Shown here piece after piece: positions 21,504 through 31,781 of a DNA stretch of 64,000 bases. Source of the stretch: Fidelibacterota bacterium (GTDB lineage Bacteria; Fidelibacterota; UBA2242; B5-G15). The notes under the pieces were generated by a model. The model worked only from the letters and a program-made list of their open reading frames with translations. It was not told the origin of the DNA and did not search any database. Positions within the stretch are counted from its first letter, which is position 1. Each line of letters starts with the position of its first letter. The stretch lies in assembly GCA_017656425.1 (NCBI GenBank), contig JACDNV010000003.1:164212-228211 (forward strand). The letters are read 5' to 3'. Both the position numbers and the translations under genes were made by a program.

Positions 21504-22274
21504 ATGAAAAAAATTTTAAATCTAGTCTACCTTATTTTGTTTCTAATTGTCACAAGAACCTTGTGTCAATATAATGATGTATATCCCCAACCGGTAAATC
21601 TAATTACAAATCCCACAGCTGGTACTATACCGCGTGGTTCATACCTAATAGAAACAAGATTATTTAAATCAGGGGGCATAACAGCAGGAATCTACGTTGG
21701 ATTAACTACAAGGTTCATGTTTGGAATTTCATATGGTGGAAACAATATAATTGGCGATAGCTCAGTTAATCTATATGAGCAACCTGGAATAGAACTAAAA
21801 TATAGAGTTATAGAAGAAAAACAAAACGTTCCGGCAATACTTATAGGATTTACTTCTCAAGGATACGGAAAATACGACAGAACATTGGACAGATATGAGA
21901 CAAAGGCAAAGGGGTTTTATATAGTTGCAAGTAAAAATTATCGATTTCTTGGCAATACGGGGTTCCACTTTGGTATAAATTATAACAATTTAGAAATAAA
22001 AGATAATGATAAAGACCCATCTTTCTTCTGTGGAATTGATAAAGAAATTAATCCAGAGTTAACTCTCATGGTAGAATACGATGCAGCTCTAAACGACAAT
22101 GAAACCAATGAAATTAATTTTGGAAAGGGAAAAGGATATCTAAATGCTGGGATAAGATGGACTTTTGTACAAAAATTTCACTTGGAATTGGACTTTAATA
22201 ACATTTTACTCAACAGAAGAAATGTCGAGTATTTTTCAAGAGAAATTAAAATCACATTCATTGAATTTTTCTAA
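21504..22274 (+). CDS. Hypothetical outer-membrane or secreted protein.
   Basis: 256 aa with an N-terminal signal peptide. Alternating G/Y/N-rich beta-strand pattern and a C-terminal aromatic residue (ends ...EFF). Confidence 0.35.
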   Translation: MKKILNLVYLILFLIVTRTLCQYNDVYPQPVNLITNPTAGTIPRGSYLIETRLFKSGGITAGIYVGLTTRFMFGISYGGNNIIGDSSVNLYEQPGIELKYRVIEEKQNVPAILIGFTSQGYGKYDRTLDRYETKAKGFYIVASKNYRFLGNTGFHFGINYNNLEIKDNDKDPSFFCGIDKEINPELTLMVEYDAALNDNETNEINFGKGKGYLNAGIRWTFVQKFHLELDFNNILLNRRNVEYFSREIKITFIEFF

Positions 22275-22294
22275 AAAATAAAAGTGGAATTAAT

Positions 22295-23065
22295 ATGAAA
22301 ACTAAAAAGATTTTAACCGTACCAACACTTATATTTTTACTTTCCATACTGGTTTTTGCTACTAGTGATAACCTAAAAGAAATTATTTCAAAAGCCGATT
22401 ACCTTGATGATCAAAAGCTTTATCAAGAAGAGTTAAAAATATTAAAAAAAGCACATGACTCCTACAAGGACTCCCCTGAAATACTCTGGCGATTAGCAAG
22501 GGCACATTTTAACATAGCAGATCAAAATTCCGATGATTTAGATCTACAAAAGGAAAATCTCTATCCAGGCTTTGAATACGCCAAAAAATGTATCGAAATT
22601 GATAAGAATTCCGCTGGTGGGCACAAGTATTATGCAATACTAATTGGCAGAATTGGTGAAATTGAAGGTACAAAACAAAAAATCACAAACTCCTACGCAG
22701 TCAAAGAGCATGCTCTAATCGCTATTAAACTCGATCCCACTGACGATGCCAACTATCATCTCATGGGGAGGTGGCACTACGCTCTTTCAGATCTGAGCTG
22801 GATTGAAAGGCAGATTGCTACTGTTGTATATGGGAAACTTCCAAAGGCAAGCTTTGAGGAAGCTGAATTCTTCTTCAAAAAGGCACACGAACTTGCCCCG
22901 GATGATCCAAGACACCTTCTATGGCTTGGTAAGACTCAGTTAAAACTTGGTAAAAAAGAGGAAGCAAAAAAAGCTTTTGAAATGATAACGAAAATAAAAC
23001 CAAAATCGGACTCAGAAAAAAGGAGCATAAAAGAAGCAAGTGAGTTATTAAAAAAGATAAGATAA
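22295..23065 (+). CDS. TPR-like repeat protein with a signal peptide.
   Basis: 256 aa with a signal peptide and helical repeats containing W/Y/A/L spacing typical of TPR proteins. Confidence 0.4.
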   Translation: MKTKKILTVPTLIFLLSILVFATSDNLKEIISKADYLDDQKLYQEELKILKKAHDSYKDSPEILWRLARAHFNIADQNSDDLDLQKENLYPGFEYAKKCIEIDKNSAGGHKYYAILIGRIGEIEGTKQKITNSYAVKEHALIAIKLDPTDDANYHLMGRWHYALSDLSWIERQIATVVYGKLPKASFEEAEFFFKKAHELAPDDPRHLLWLGKTQLKLGKKEEAKKAFEMITKIKPKSDSEKRSIKEASELLKKIR

Positions 23066-23465
23066 TTCCAACTTTTTTAAATATAAGTTCTTATAAAATT
23101 AATTCAGATTAAAATAATTTTTTTGTTACATGTACTGCTTCTTTGATAAACTTAAAATGAATGATTTAACAATTTATTATTAATCTAAATAGGCAAACAG
23201 GTTATCACAATTAGAAAATATCAGTTAATGACAAAGTGATTTGCTATGCAAAACAAAAGGACTATATAAATTAACCATTACACGTTCTTACTTAATTCAC
23301 TTACTCTACGTAAATAGCTTCGTCCACATATGCTTGACCTACAACAATCCGATAAAATTAGTAAATTGATTAATTTTTAAAATAAGTATCGGGTAATCAA
23401 AATGATTAGTATGCTTACCCATGCTTCTAAAAATTCCGATATAATAAAAAAGTCATAAAAATATT

Positions 23466-23494
23466 TTGCATTATTTGGTATACCTAATTATATT
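23466..23494 (+). promoter_or_regulatory. Putative sigma70-type promoter (TTGCAT-17-TATATT) of the dtxR-family gene. A GGTATACC palindrome lies in the spacer and is a candidate autoregulatory operator.
   Basis: -35 TTGCAT at 23466-23471. -10 TATATT at 23489-23494. Perfect 8-bp palindrome GGTATACC at 23477-23484, within the imperfect inverted repeat TTGGTATACCTAA. Confidence 0.35.
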
Positions 23495-23524
23495 ATGCAT
23501 GCTTATTATAATGAGGGAAATCTT

Positions 23525-24277
23525 ATGAACATTTCAAGCTCACTACAAGATTACCTAAAATTTATATATGAAATATCTCAACAAAAAAAATATGCACGGA
23601 TTAAAGACATAGCTCGACTGAAAAAGGTTAGTATGCCCTCTGCAACCGAAGCTATGAGAAAACTATCAAAACTCGGACTGATACAATACCATGCCTATGA
23701 ATTTATTCAACTCACAGAAAAGGGTGAAAACATGGCTCATTACATGTTTAGTCTTCAAAATTTTCTGGTGAAATTTTTAAAAGAAATCTTGGGTATCGAT
23801 AAAGAAAAGGCAGAGAGCGAAGCATGCAAGCTAGAACACTGCCTAGAATCTGAAACTCTCGAAAGGCTTGTCCTTCTTTATCAATACATAATATCATGTC
23901 CTAAAACCGATAAATCATTTATCAAAGGATTCAAAGAATGCATAGCTTCCACTGTAATCGGATCCAGTGTCTCTGATTTCTGCAAGGATTGTTTTGTAAA
24001 AACCAAATTCCCACATTACATAAAAAATGGCAAACTGAAACATATACTTTTAAAAGACATGAAACCGGGAGAACATGGGAATATTATAATGATTGGTCCG
24101 GACTCCAATATTAGAAAAAAGATACTTAAAAAAGGCATATTCCCAGCTAACAAAGTTGAAATGGTACATGTGGATAACAAGAAAGACCTATTTTGCATAA
24201 ATATAGAGGGATACCAGACTTCAATATCTAAAGTCGAAGCAACAAATATGGAGGTAGAAATTGAAAAAGAAACTTAA
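23525..24277 (+). CDS. DtxR/MntR-family metal-dependent transcriptional repressor with a C-terminal FeoA/SH3-like domain.
   Basis: The N-terminus LQDYLKFIYEISQQKKYARIKDIARLKKVSMPSATEAMRKLSKLGLI is the DtxR winged HTH. The C-terminus KPGEHGNIIMIGPDSNIRKKILKKGIFPANKVEMV is FeoA-like. The ORF track starts at 23495, but the ATG at 23525 has a GAGGGA SD 7 nt upstream. Confidence 0.65.
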   Translation: MNISSSLQDYLKFIYEISQQKKYARIKDIARLKKVSMPSATEAMRKLSKLGLIQYHAYEFIQLTEKGENMAHYMFSLQNFLVKFLKEILGIDKEKAESEACKLEHCLESETLERLVLLYQYIISCPKTDKSFIKGFKECIASTVIGSSVSDFCKDCFVKTKFPHYIKNGKLKHILLKDMKPGEHGNIIMIGPDSNIRKKILKKGIFPANKVEMVHVDNKKDLFCINIEGYQTSISKVEATNMEVEIEKET

Positions 24278-25169
24278 TATTTTAATGATTCTGCCCTTAG
24301 TAATTTCAATAATTGAAACAGATATCTATTCCTATGAGCATAACAATTTGATAACCGGATTTTTTGACATAAAAACGGCATACAAATTCAATCAGAAAAA
24401 ATCAGAAGAGTTCAACATTGGCTCATTAGAAATCGACTTCGAGGGTAGATTTTCCAGCTCGTTATCTTACGAGGCAGCTATTGTGTATCAAGGTGAATTG
24501 TTATCTCTGGGGCAGACTATAGCGAAATTTAATATATTTAAGGAATATATGGCAATTCAGATAGGAAATTTTGATGTTCCTTTTGGAATCGACTGGAAAT
24601 ATTACTCTACACCCGACAGATTTTTTATATCTCAACCAGTGACAACAGATTCATTGCTGAACGGTGGATGGACAGAAACAGGTATAAATTTCACAGGTAA
24701 GGCCAAATATCTTGAATATCAAATATTCATTGTAAATAAGTCCCCGTTAAAAGAATGTGTTTATGGATTACCTGATAGTAGGAAAACTTTAGGAGGGAGA
24801 CTATCTTTTAATTTTGCAAAGTTCATCAATATTGGATACTCTATCGTGATAACTGAATACTCTAATAAGCCATTAACTGGTTATGAGTTTTCATCAAGTT
24901 CAAATAATTATAAAATACAGTTTGAATTTCTCCATACTGAGATGGAAAAGGCATTTCATCTTGACGTAATAAAGAAAATTGGTAGTCTATATTCAGCAGG
25001 AATAAGGTATAATTCGTATACTTTATCAGGTAATAATTCACAAAAAGTCGACCTCTTATCAAAGATTGATATGAAAGATAATATGTCAATCAAGCTGGAA
25101 TATCAGATCATTTATAATAAACTATCAAATTACAATCAACTGGCTTGCCAGATAGTAGTTAGTTTCTAA
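24261..25169 (+). CDS. Hypothetical outer-membrane beta-barrel protein, possibly a porin, inside the iron-uptake operon.
   Basis: 302 aa with a signal peptide, amphipathic beta-strand periodicity and a C-terminal ...VVSF. Its start overlaps the dtxR stop. Confidence 0.4.
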   Translation: MKKKLNILMILPLVISIIETDIYSYEHNNLITGFFDIKTAYKFNQKKSEEFNIGSLEIDFEGRFSSSLSYEAAIVYQGELLSLGQTIAKFNIFKEYMAIQIGNFDVPFGIDWKYYSTPDRFFISQPVTTDSLLNGGWTETGINFTGKAKYLEYQIFIVNKSPLKECVYGLPDSRKTLGGRLSFNFAKFINIGYSIVITEYSNKPLTGYEFSSSSNNYKIQFEFLHTEMEKAFHLDVIKKIGSLYSAGIRYNSYTLSGNNSQKVDLLSKIDMKDNMSIKLEYQIIYNKLSNYNQLACQIVVSF

Positions 25170-25188
25170 AGCGAAGGAAAATACCTAT

Positions 25189-25434
25189 ATGCATAAAATA
25201 GTTCCTTTAACAGAATTAAAAGATAATGAATATGGAAGGGTTGTGGATGTTATAGGAGGTCATGGGCTTGTAAGGAATCTTGAAGCAATGGGAATCTTCC
25301 CGGGAGTAAAGATTAAAGCTAAATCTCGACAATTCAAAGCAGGCCCTATCGTTATTTCCATTGGTAATACTCAGATAGCAATTGGATATGGTATGGCAAG
25401 AAAAATATTAGTAGAACCAATTAAAGAAGGATAA
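25189..25434 (+). CDS. feoA: Ferrous iron transport protein A.
   Basis: 81 aa FeoA/SH3-like: GRVVDVIGGHGLVRNLEAMGIFPGVKIKA. Confidence 0.8.
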   Translation: MHKIVPLTELKDNEYGRVVDVIGGHGLVRNLEAMGIFPGVKIKAKSRQFKAGPIVISIGNTQIAIGYGMARKILVEPIKEG

Positions 25435-25437
25435 AAT

Positions 25438-27177
25438 ATGGTAAAAGATATAAAAAGAATTTTGCTGATGGGAAATCCAAATGTTGGAAAAAGTGCTATA
25501 TTCTCGAGGTTAACAGGCATACACGTAGTAACATCAAACTATTCAGGAACTACAGTAGAATTTACAGAAGGCAACATTAAAATCAATGGAACAATGGCAA
25601 AAGTAATCGATGTCCCTGGCGTCTACACTCTGGAACCTACGACAAAGGCTGAAGAAGTCGCACTAAAAATCCTTGAAGACACAATTAGAGATTTTAAGGA
25701 TAAATTCATAGTAATTAATGTTGTTGATGCAACGAACCTTGAAAGAAACCTCAATCTAACACTCCAGCTAATAAATAAAGATGTCCCAATGGTCGTGGCT
25801 TTAAATTTCTGGGACGAGACGAAACATAAGGGTATCGAAATAGATGTAAAAAAACTTGAAGAAAAAATAAGTATACCCATAATACCAACATGCGCAATTT
25901 CTGGAGAAGGGATAAAGAGACTGGTTGATAAATTAAAAGAGGCAAAGGTAAGTAACATAAAGGTAAAAGAGGAAAATAAATGGGAAATAATAGGTAGAAT
26001 CATAAATGATGTGCAAAAATTATATCACCATCATCACACATTTTTAGAAAGATTTTCTGAGATAACTATAAGACCGGCAACAGGAATACCATTCGCTATA
26101 TTAACGTTAGCTGTTACTTTCGGGCTAATAAGATTCATAGGTGAAGGTCTTATCAGGCTTATATTTGATCCTCTTTTTGAAAATATATGGGCACCCATCA
26201 TTATGAAACTATCAGGACTCATAGGATCATCTGGATTTATCCATGATATTCTAATAGGGCAGCTAATAGATGGTAATATAGATTTTTCCGAATCCTTTGG
26301 TCTATTAACAACAGGATTATACGTACCTATTGCAGCTGTTTTACCATATGTATTTGCCTTTTACCTTGCACTATCACTACTTGAAGACTCGGGTTACCTA
26401 CCTCGCCTCGCTGTACTTGTTGACAGAGGTATGCACAGGGTAGGTCTACATGGATACGGAATAATCCCAACGATTTTAGGATTCGGATGTAATGTACCTG
26501 GTGCTTTATCCACAAGAGTACTACAAAGCAAAAGGGAAAGATTCCTTGCCGCAACACTAATGGCTATAGCCGTCCCATGTGCTGCACAGACCGCAATGAT
26601 AATTGGACTGGTTGGAAAATACGGAATTGTGGGAATAGGAGGTGTATTCCTCACACTCTTTTTAGTGTGGCTTTCACTTGGGACTATTTTAAAGAGACTA
26701 CTTAAAGGTCCTGCTCCAGAACTCTTTATAGAAATCCCACCATACAGATTGCCCTATTTTAAAGCCACATTAAAAAAGGTTTGGATGAGAATCCTGTATT
26801 TTATTAAGGAAGCACTCCCATGGGTTCTATTTGGAGTATTTATTGCAAACCTCCTCTACATTTCAGGAATAGTTAACTTCCTTGGGAAAATTGTAAGACC
26901 CGTTATTACAGGAATGTTTGGCCTGCCTAAAGAAACTGTAACTGCATTGATAGTAGGTTTTTTAAGAAAAGATGTCGCCGTTGGAATGCTGCTTCCTCTA
27001 AATCTAAACCTGAAACAGTCAATAATAGCAAGCGTCATACTTACAATGTATTTTCCATGCGTTGCAACGTTTACAGTACTACTAAAAGAATTTGGTATAA
27101 AGGGAATGATTAAAGCCACATTAATAATGATAGTGTCAACGTTTATTACTGGATCTCTATTGCACCTTATACTGTAG
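25438..27177 (+). CDS. feoB: Ferrous iron transport protein B.
   Basis: 579 aa. N-terminal G-protein domain (GNPNVGKS G1 motif, DVPGVYTL) followed by a polytopic membrane domain. Confidence 0.9.
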   Translation: MVKDIKRILLMGNPNVGKSAIFSRLTGIHVVTSNYSGTTVEFTEGNIKINGTMAKVIDVPGVYTLEPTTKAEEVALKILEDTIRDFKDKFIVINVVDATNLERNLNLTLQLINKDVPMVVALNFWDETKHKGIEIDVKKLEEKISIPIIPTCAISGEGIKRLVDKLKEAKVSNIKVKEENKWEIIGRIINDVQKLYHHHHTFLERFSEITIRPATGIPFAILTLAVTFGLIRFIGEGLIRLIFDPLFENIWAPIIMKLSGLIGSSGFIHDILIGQLIDGNIDFSESFGLLTTGLYVPIAAVLPYVFAFYLALSLLEDSGYLPRLAVLVDRGMHRVGLHGYGIIPTILGFGCNVPGALSTRVLQSKRERFLAATLMAIAVPCAAQTAMIIGLVGKYGIVGIGGVFLTLFLVWLSLGTILKRLLKGPAPELFIEIPPYRLPYFKATLKKVWMRILYFIKEALPWVLFGVFIANLLYISGIVNFLGKIVRPVITGMFGLPKETVTALIVGFLRKDVAVGMLLPLNLNLKQSIIASVILTMYFPCVATFTVLLKEFGIKGMIKATLIMIVSTFITGSLLHLIL

Positions 27178-27179
27178 CT

Positions 27180-28208
27180 TTATAATCCCAATAACATCAA
27201 TAGAAAACCAAATGATAACCCGATAGCAAAATTTACCAATTTAACACCAAGAAACACTCTCCTTGAATGAGCCAGTACTGGCAACATCCCATGACCATCC
27301 TGAACAATAGAACTTGCAAGCAAAACGCTAAAAGGAATATTTCCTTGAATATATAGTGTAACAAAAATAATATGTGGACCGGATTCAGGAACTAAACCTA
27401 CTAGACTTGCGATCAAAAGAACAATATATTTATTTGACTGTATCCATTCCTGTATATTAAGTCTGTGAACAATCAGCTCAACAAATATCAGAGCCCCAAG
27501 TGTCCAAAGGAAAAGTCTTGGTATGTGCTTTTTAAGTATATGTTCCCAAATATGCTCTTTTAAAAAGTGATCCGATGCAAGTACGCTGATTAACGTAGCA
27601 ATTCCGATAACAATAATAATCGTAATTCTCACCCAATTCCATTCTTCAGGTCCTATAAATCCAAAAGCAACCAGCAGAAGTGAAAATATATTTAAAACCA
27701 TTAAGAGAAATCTTTCAAAGTTTATACTCTTTAGCTGAGGTAATACGAGCCTTAAAGAAAAATATTCAAACTTATCCTCATGTATTTCCATACAATCGCA
27801 TTTAAAAAACTTCTTTTGTTTTTCTTTAAGTAATAAATCAACTAAAAAACCTGAAGGTAAACTTACCAAAAAAAGGATTAGGATAATAACAAGTCCTTTT
27901 TGCGGCGATAATGCAAGTAAAATAAACGTTTCATCACCCATCGTTGCAATCATTGTAGTAATAAGCGCACCAATTGAGATAATATTATGAGCGTAAAGAG
28001 AAACGGCTGTAAATGAACCCAAACATCCTGGGATAGCACCCAGTAAGGCACCGATTATATACTGTCTATTCCTTCTCCTACCAAGTATCTTACCCCAGTT
28101 GCCCTTGGTCTGAATGTTCAAAAATTCGATAATTAGCATCATTGAGAATACAAAAATGGTAATAAGAATTGAATCGTACAGAATTTTTAACATCATGAAA
28201 CCTACCAT
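27180..28208 (-). CDS. Polytopic membrane protein. It is a predicted permease, and the family is uncertain.
   Basis: 342 aa with about 8-10 TM segments and a cytoplasmic loop carrying the CDC motif (FFKCDCMEIHED). Convergent with feoB. Confidence 0.3.
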   Translation of the reverse strand: MVGFMMLKILYDSILITIFVFSMMLIIEFLNIQTKGNWGKILGRRRNRQYIIGALLGAIPGCLGSFTAVSLYAHNIISIGALITTMIATMGDETFILLALSPQKGLVIILILFLVSLPSGFLVDLLLKEKQKKFFKCDCMEIHEDKFEYFSLRLVLPQLKSINFERFLLMVLNIFSLLLVAFGFIGPEEWNWVRITIIIVIGIATLISVLASDHFLKEHIWEHILKKHIPRLFLWTLGALIFVELIVHRLNIQEWIQSNKYIVLLIASLVGLVPESGPHIIFVTLYIQGNIPFSVLLASSIVQDGHGMLPVLAHSRRVFLGVKLVNFAIGLSFGFLLMLLGL

Positions 28209-28360
28209 TTAATAACAACAACATAATTTAAAACCAGAAATAATTAATTCAACTATAATTAACATACCAAATAAACCATATATATTATATATTATACTTT
28301 AATATTATACCACATATTGATTCTGTTAATTTTATTATAAATATTTGTATATTTGTCATC

Positions 28361-29194
28361 TTGATTTTAACTTTAAATATGTGTATTAATTTCCAAAAAT
28401 TAATAAAAGGAGAGAGGTATTCCCAAACAATAAACTATATAAAGAGTAGAATTAATACTTTACCAAAAATATCTATTATACTCGGATCAGGGCTTGGGAT
28501 AATCGAAAATCAGATAAATGAAAAAATCTCGGTTGATATGAAAGATATTCCATACTATCCTGTTCCAACTGTAAGCGGGCACCATGGAAAAATAGTGTTT
28601 GGCAAAATGGGGAATAAGAATGTGATGGCGATATTTGGAAGGTCTCACTATTATGAAGGAATTGGACTTGAAAAGGTAGTATTGCCAATTTTACTTCTGT
28701 ATAAATTAGATATAAAAAAGGTGATAATAACCAATGCGGCAGGAGCTGTGAATCCGAATTTTAGGATTGGTGACTTAGTTTTACTAAATGGATACATAAA
28801 TTTCACTCAGCTGAATATCTTTAAAAATAACTGGGAAAAATCAATACAAAATCCTTTTTCATTATCGCTTAACAATAAAATTGTACAATCTAATCTGCCT
28901 GTGAAACCCAAAACAGGAACATATTGCTGGACAACTGGCCCAAGTTATGAATCTCCTGCTGAAGTAAAATTTATAAGATATCTCGGTGGTGACCTCGTTG
29001 GTATGTCAACCATCCCTGAAGCATTTATGGCAAAAAGACTCGGATTGGATGTTATAGGAATTAGCTTTGTCTCAAACCTTGCCGTAGGTCTTGCTGAAAA
29101 ACCGTTATCTCATAAAGAGGTAAAAAAGTCTGTATTATCTAATAAAGAGAACTTTAGCATCTTTATATACAAAGTTGTAACAGAAATACTTTAA
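28361..29194 (+). CDS. Purine nucleoside phosphorylase family protein (PunA/MTAP-like).
   Basis: 277 aa with ISIILGSGLG phosphate-binding motif context and a family-2 PNP fold pattern. The true start may be an internal Met. Confidence 0.55.
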   Translation: MILTLNMCINFQKLIKGERYSQTINYIKSRINTLPKISIILGSGLGIIENQINEKISVDMKDIPYYPVPTVSGHHGKIVFGKMGNKNVMAIFGRSHYYEGIGLEKVVLPILLLYKLDIKKVIITNAAGAVNPNFRIGDLVLLNGYINFTQLNIFKNNWEKSIQNPFSLSLNNKIVQSNLPVKPKTGTYCWTTGPSYESPAEVKFIRYLGGDLVGMSTIPEAFMAKRLGLDVIGISFVSNLAVGLAEKPLSHKEVKKSVLSNKENFSIFIYKVVTEIL

Positions 29195-29339
29195 AGTGTC
29201 AACTATTATAATATTTGTATATGTTCTTTTCAATTCTCTTTCCCCTTTCGTAATAATTGTTTAATATTTAATTGCTAATTGAAAGAATATTCTAAAAAGT
29301 TCACATAAATGGCAGGGACTTTTTAATAAATGAGTAAAT

Positions 29340-29840
29340 ATGAGCATAGAATATATCTTCAAAAGAAGAAGCATCAGAAAATATCTAAAAAAAGACGTGG
29401 AAACTGAAAAAATCGAACTAATATTAAAAGCTGGAATGTCAGCACCGTCAGCACATAACATCCGACCATGGCAATTTATTGTCATTAAAAAAAGAAATAC
29501 TCTTGATAAAATAGCCGAATTCCATCCACACGGAAAAATGCTCTCCCAGTCACCAATGGCTATCGCTGTATGTGGTGAACACGAAAAATCAACAGATTTC
29601 TGGGTACAGGATTGTGCCGCAGCTACTGAAAACATGCTATTGAGTCTACCAGCTTTAGGTCTGGGCGGTGTATGGATCGGCGTTTATCCAAACCACCATG
29701 AAAATAAAGAAATATTAGATTTAATAGGCATTCCAAAACATATAACACTATTCTCAATTATATCAATAGGTTATCCAGATGAAGAAAAACCGCCCAAAGC
29801 ACTATATGAAGAATCAAAGATTCACTACGAAAAATGGTGA
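29340..29840 (+). CDS. Nitroreductase family protein.
   Basis: 166 aa. The N-terminus RRSIRKY... and S/APSAHNIRPW are typical of FMN-dependent nitroreductases. Confidence 0.7.
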   Translation: MSIEYIFKRRSIRKYLKKDVETEKIELILKAGMSAPSAHNIRPWQFIVIKKRNTLDKIAEFHPHGKMLSQSPMAIAVCGEHEKSTDFWVQDCAAATENMLLSLPALGLGGVWIGVYPNHHENKEILDLIGIPKHITLFSIISIGYPDEEKPPKALYEESKIHYEKW

Positions 29841-29846
29841 AGCATA

Positions 29847-30782
29847 ATGATTGGGTTTATATACTTAATAGTTGGCGTACTTCTCCTTTATTATGGAGCA
29901 GAATATTTGATTAAAGGAGGCTCCTCGATAGCATTAGCCGCAGGAGTAAAAAAGATTGTTATTGGACTGACAGTGGTTGCTTTTGGAACTTCTTTACCGG
30001 AATTTGTCGTAAGTTTTTTTTCAGCTTTAAAAAAGGTGGATAGTGTTTGTGTTGGTAATGTTATTGGAAGTAATATTATAAATATATTACTTGTTCTTGG
30101 CATAGCATCCATTATAAGACCTATAAATTCATCAAGACGTGTAATTACTCTTGACATCCCGTTTTTACTATTTTTAACCCTTTTATTTATATTTATTTCA
30201 AGAGATGGCAAGCTTTCAAGAATCGACGGGGTAATACTATTTGCTATTTTTCTTACATATATGATATACATATTATCGAGAAGGAAAAGTGAAAACTTAG
30301 CTGACATCGATCATAATACAAAAGGTAATACTTTAAAATATATAATTTTTACTATGGGAGGATTACTTGGATTGATTATAGGAGGTAATTTCACGGTAAG
30401 AGGAGCAGTTAAGGTAGCGCAGCTTTTTGGAATACCGGAGCTATTTATAGGTCTTACAATAGTAGCACTCGGAACATCACTACCAGAACTTTTTACAAGT
30501 ATCCTCGCAATAATAAGAAAAGAACAGGACATCTCTCTTGGCAACATAATAGGAAGTAATTTATTCAACATTGCCTTTATACTTGGCTTTATTGCAATTT
30601 TCAACCCAATAAAAGTCGAACTTTCTGTAATTAAGTTTGACAACCTATTTATGTTATCTATAACAATTCTACTTGCAATCTTTCTTTACACTGGGGGAAA
30701 AATATCCCGGTTTGAAGGGATCATATTTGTTTTAATATACTTCTTATATGTCAGCAAATTAATAGTAGAAGTAACTGGATAA
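29847..30782 (+). CDS. Ca2+/Na+ antiporter (CaCA family, YrbG-like).
   Basis: 311 aa with two alpha-repeat regions of GTSLPE/GTSLPEL flanked by TM helices. Confidence 0.75.
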   Translation: MIGFIYLIVGVLLLYYGAEYLIKGGSSIALAAGVKKIVIGLTVVAFGTSLPEFVVSFFSALKKVDSVCVGNVIGSNIINILLVLGIASIIRPINSSRRVITLDIPFLLFLTLLFIFISRDGKLSRIDGVILFAIFLTYMIYILSRRKSENLADIDHNTKGNTLKYIIFTMGGLLGLIIGGNFTVRGAVKVAQLFGIPELFIGLTIVALGTSLPELFTSILAIIRKEQDISLGNIIGSNLFNIAFILGFIAIFNPIKVELSVIKFDNLFMLSITILLAIFLYTGGKISRFEGIIFVLIYFLYVSKLIVEVTG

Positions 30783-30793
30783 ATGGTTAAGGT

Positions 30794-31588
30794 ATGATAA
30801 TTGGCGTTTATCAATTTTCACCGAGATGGGCAGATGTAGATTACAACCTGTCAAGAATTACCGAGACACTATTTAAATATAAAGATGTGGACCTGTGGGT
30901 GCTCCCTGAGTTATGCACAACCGGATATTATTTCGAAAATATCAAAAAGATGGAGGAATTAGCTGAATTTTTCCCTAAGGGGAAAACATCCAAAGTAATG
31001 CTTGAAACTACCAGAAATATAAAAACATCAGTTATAATGGGAGTAATGGAAAAGCTTGGTGATAGATATTTCAACAGTGCTGCGGTATTTAGCAAAGGTA
31101 ATTTTATAGGTATTTACAGAAAAATTCATCTTTTTAATACTGAAAAAGAAATTTTTGCTCCGGGATTCGAATATCCGCAGGTATTTACCATAGATGATGT
31201 AAAAATTGGTGTGATGATATGTTTTGACTGGATTTTTCCAGAAGTCACACGGTCCCTTGCGCTAAGTGGTGCTATGATAATAGCACATCCTGCAAATCTT
31301 GTATTACCATATTGTCAGAACGCTATGACAACACGCAGTATTGAAAACCGTGTTTTCACTGTTACGGCAAACAGAGTAGGAATGGAAATAATCGGGAAAA
31401 AATCATATCTGAAATTCACTGGAAAGAGCCAAGTAACAAGTCCCGACGGCAAAGTACTTGGTTCTCTATCTGATAAAGAGGAAAATGTTCTCATAGTAGA
31501 AATAGATCCGGAGGAAGCTCTTGATAAAAACATTACAGAGAATAACAACCTATTCGAAGACAGACATCCTGACCTGTATAGATTATGA
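30794..31588 (+). CDS. Carbon-nitrogen hydrolase family protein (nitrilase/amidase superfamily).
   Basis: 264 aa. E-K-C triad context: LWVLPEL, RKIHLF and ICFDWIFPE. Confidence 0.7.
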   Translation: MIIGVYQFSPRWADVDYNLSRITETLFKYKDVDLWVLPELCTTGYYFENIKKMEELAEFFPKGKTSKVMLETTRNIKTSVIMGVMEKLGDRYFNSAAVFSKGNFIGIYRKIHLFNTEKEIFAPGFEYPQVFTIDDVKIGVMICFDWIFPEVTRSLALSGAMIIAHPANLVLPYCQNAMTTRSIENRVFTVTANRVGMEIIGKKSYLKFTGKSQVTSPDGKVLGSLSDKEENVLIVEIDPEEALDKNITENNNLFEDRHPDLYRL

Positions 31589-31781
31589 TATATCAATAAG
31601 GAAGAATGGTTCTAATAAAAATTCAATCTAATTACCATGTAATGATGTAGAAAGAACTGCTATAAAAAGGAGATATATTTATAATTCTATCGTTGTCGCT
31701 GTATTATTATTGACATCTTTAATAATTCTTGTTTTTAGATAACCTTAAGATTAAATTTTTCTGGTATTGATATTTTTTGAA

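Noticed and set aside
23066-23465. A 400-bp AT-rich intergenic region upstream of the dtxR promoter, which could host an sRNA or tRNA.
   Set aside because: There are no GC-rich stems, no tRNA-like cloverleaf potential and no ORF with an RBS. I could only see short direct repeats such as ATGCTTACCCATGCTTC. It is probably just a spacer or promoter region.
31767-31781. ORF-track starts at TTG or GTG codons for parA (31767), parB (32521), atpD (39645), PBP1A (46460) and aspS/dtxR upstream extensions.
   Set aside because: Downstream ATG codons with SD-like motifs give canonical N-termini (for example MKKIISLANQKGGVGKTT and MAKRLGKGLDAII), so the shorter coordinates were used.
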